Below, in pieces: positions 62,530 to 64,000 of a stretch of 64,000 bases of DNA. The stretch comes from Octopus bimaculoides (taxonomy: Eukaryota), in assembly GCF_001194135.2 (NCBI RefSeq), contig NC_068982.1:96652734-96716733 (forward strand), written 5' to 3'. The notes under the pieces are model-generated. The model was not told the DNA's origin, made no database searches, and saw only the letters and a program-made list of their open reading frames with translations. The position numbers were made by a program, and so were the translations under genes. The first letter of the stretch is position 1. Every line of letters starts with the position of its first letter.

Positions 62530-63600
62530 TGCTGGAAATGAGGATTCTGCAAAGTGGGTAGAGATTTGTGATGGATGAAGAGGGTTCACTGCACTATAGG
62601 AAGGGGTATGTTGCCAGTTGTGCAATGCACAATGGCATCCTTCATGGTTCAGTTGATGGGCATGCACAAGTTGCAATGCTGAGTAAAAGCCATTCAGGTG
62701 ACAGTAGATTTTCCTCCAAGTATTCTAGGTTGTATTTTTGCCTGAAGTATTGCAATGCAGTTATTAGTGGACAATATGAGGAACTTGGGACTGTGAATAA
62801 TTCATGACTAAAAGGCTGTTTCTGATGGGTCAAAGGTGCTGCCAGGGTAGTTAGCATAGGACTAGCAAAGTTCTAAACAGTCAACTGACTTGAAGTATTA
62901 TAGTGTCTGAGTTGTAGCAAGGTGCTTTATGTATGTGTGTTGAGTAGTCTTGATAATAAGTTGGGTGACCTGATAGGTGCAAAGATAGTGATGGTTTGGT
63001 AGAGGTTGGGTTTAGAGGTGAGAAAGAAATCCAGGATGTTTGGTGTGTCTGTGTGTTGACTATAGATGCAAGTAGGTGATGAAACTAGTTGATGTAGAGA
63101 TTTGAAGATTATAAAAGATTCAGTTTCTGCACAGGTAGCATCAATATGAGGAAAGTGTGAGAGCCTCAAGGAATCATGAGGTTACAATAATACCCTTCCA
63201 GGAAACTGATCTGAGTACTTGCAGCAGAGTGAAGTTTGCTTAAGGCACACAATAATGTCTTGCAATCCATTTAACTTACAGTCTCTTTTTCTATAATTAG
63301 TTTGGATTTTTTTTTGTTTTTGTTTAGTCAGTTGATAAGAGCAGTGTCTGTGACCATTGCAGTTCCCCAGGAGCTGGTGAGATTGATATGTTCAGTACTC
63401 AGTTTGAACATCTGTAAAGTGACGTCTGTAGATAAAGCATATGCAAGGAGGGAAATCCTGAGGATTGACATTTAGGAAGTAAAGATTTTGAGATAATGAT
63501 CAGTGTGAAATGTAGATGGCAAAAAAGTATGTGATGAAATAGATGAACCTGGGTAGAAGTAGCAGGAAGCCAGGAGAGTTAAGTTTATAATCAAAGAGAA
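62530..63600 (-). mobile_element. Decayed CR1/Jockey-group LINE, APE endonuclease region
   Basis: ORF 62927-63169 reads LHQLVSSPT....NILDFFLTS, typical of the APE C-terminus. Confidence 0.6.
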
Positions 63601-64000
63601 TCATTATTTCTTGACTTTATATAATCTTCCAAAGAGGTAAAATTGTCACAAATAATCGTGCAAGGGCTAGATATTCTAGTGGCAGTTAGTTCTGTGTTTT
63701 AGAATACACAATTCAGATTTAACCAGGTTTGACTATCCCTATCTCTTATTCGACTAAAATTAATAAAGCCAATACCAGTATACAGTTAGATTAGCTCAAT
63801 CAACTGAATAAAGTAATTTCTAACCCACAATTTGCAATTCATGGTTATAAACCAATAAAGGAGCCTCGACCTGCTAGCCAACCCTTAAATCACACCTTTA
63901 GAGTTTTTTGACAACTACGTTTCTGTCCCACACCATCAGTGTCATAGATACCACATTTCATGCTACTACTTCAAAAAAACTACCTACAGAACAAAGGCCA

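Noticed and set aside
1-64000. CRISPR arrays, rRNA genes and bona fide tRNA genes
   Set aside because: None seen. This is a eukaryotic locus and its tRNA-like segments are SINE heads.

Overview
AT-rich, repeat-dense draft scaffold with 8 N-gaps. From the repeat families (RTE LINEs with (GAT)n tails, tRNA-derived SINEs, mariners) it is most likely an octopod cephalopod; this assignment is inference. One host gene is firmly supported: EIF3G on the + strand, 9 coding exons from 29870 to 43373, 291 aa, rebuilt by hand with GT-AG introns and consistent phases. A probable second + strand gene starts near 58650 and is unidentified. A full-length, uninterrupted Tc1-type transposase ORF (49591-50607, -) has lost its first catalytic Asp, has an upstream splice acceptor and shows no clear TIR pair, so it is a candidate domesticated gene. 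The rest is largely TE debris: mariner/maT/Tc1, RTE, CR1-like, two RLE-type non-LTR fragments, a Helitron helicase remnant, Gypsy LTR pieces, SINEs, MITEs and microsatellites. Other notable oddities are a 96-bp hairpin/MITE carrying (CCCTAA)n with a 9-bp TSD in the EIF3G promoter, a three-piece templated patchwork just 3' of EIF3G, and inverted repeats that could make dsRNA in pre-mRNAs.
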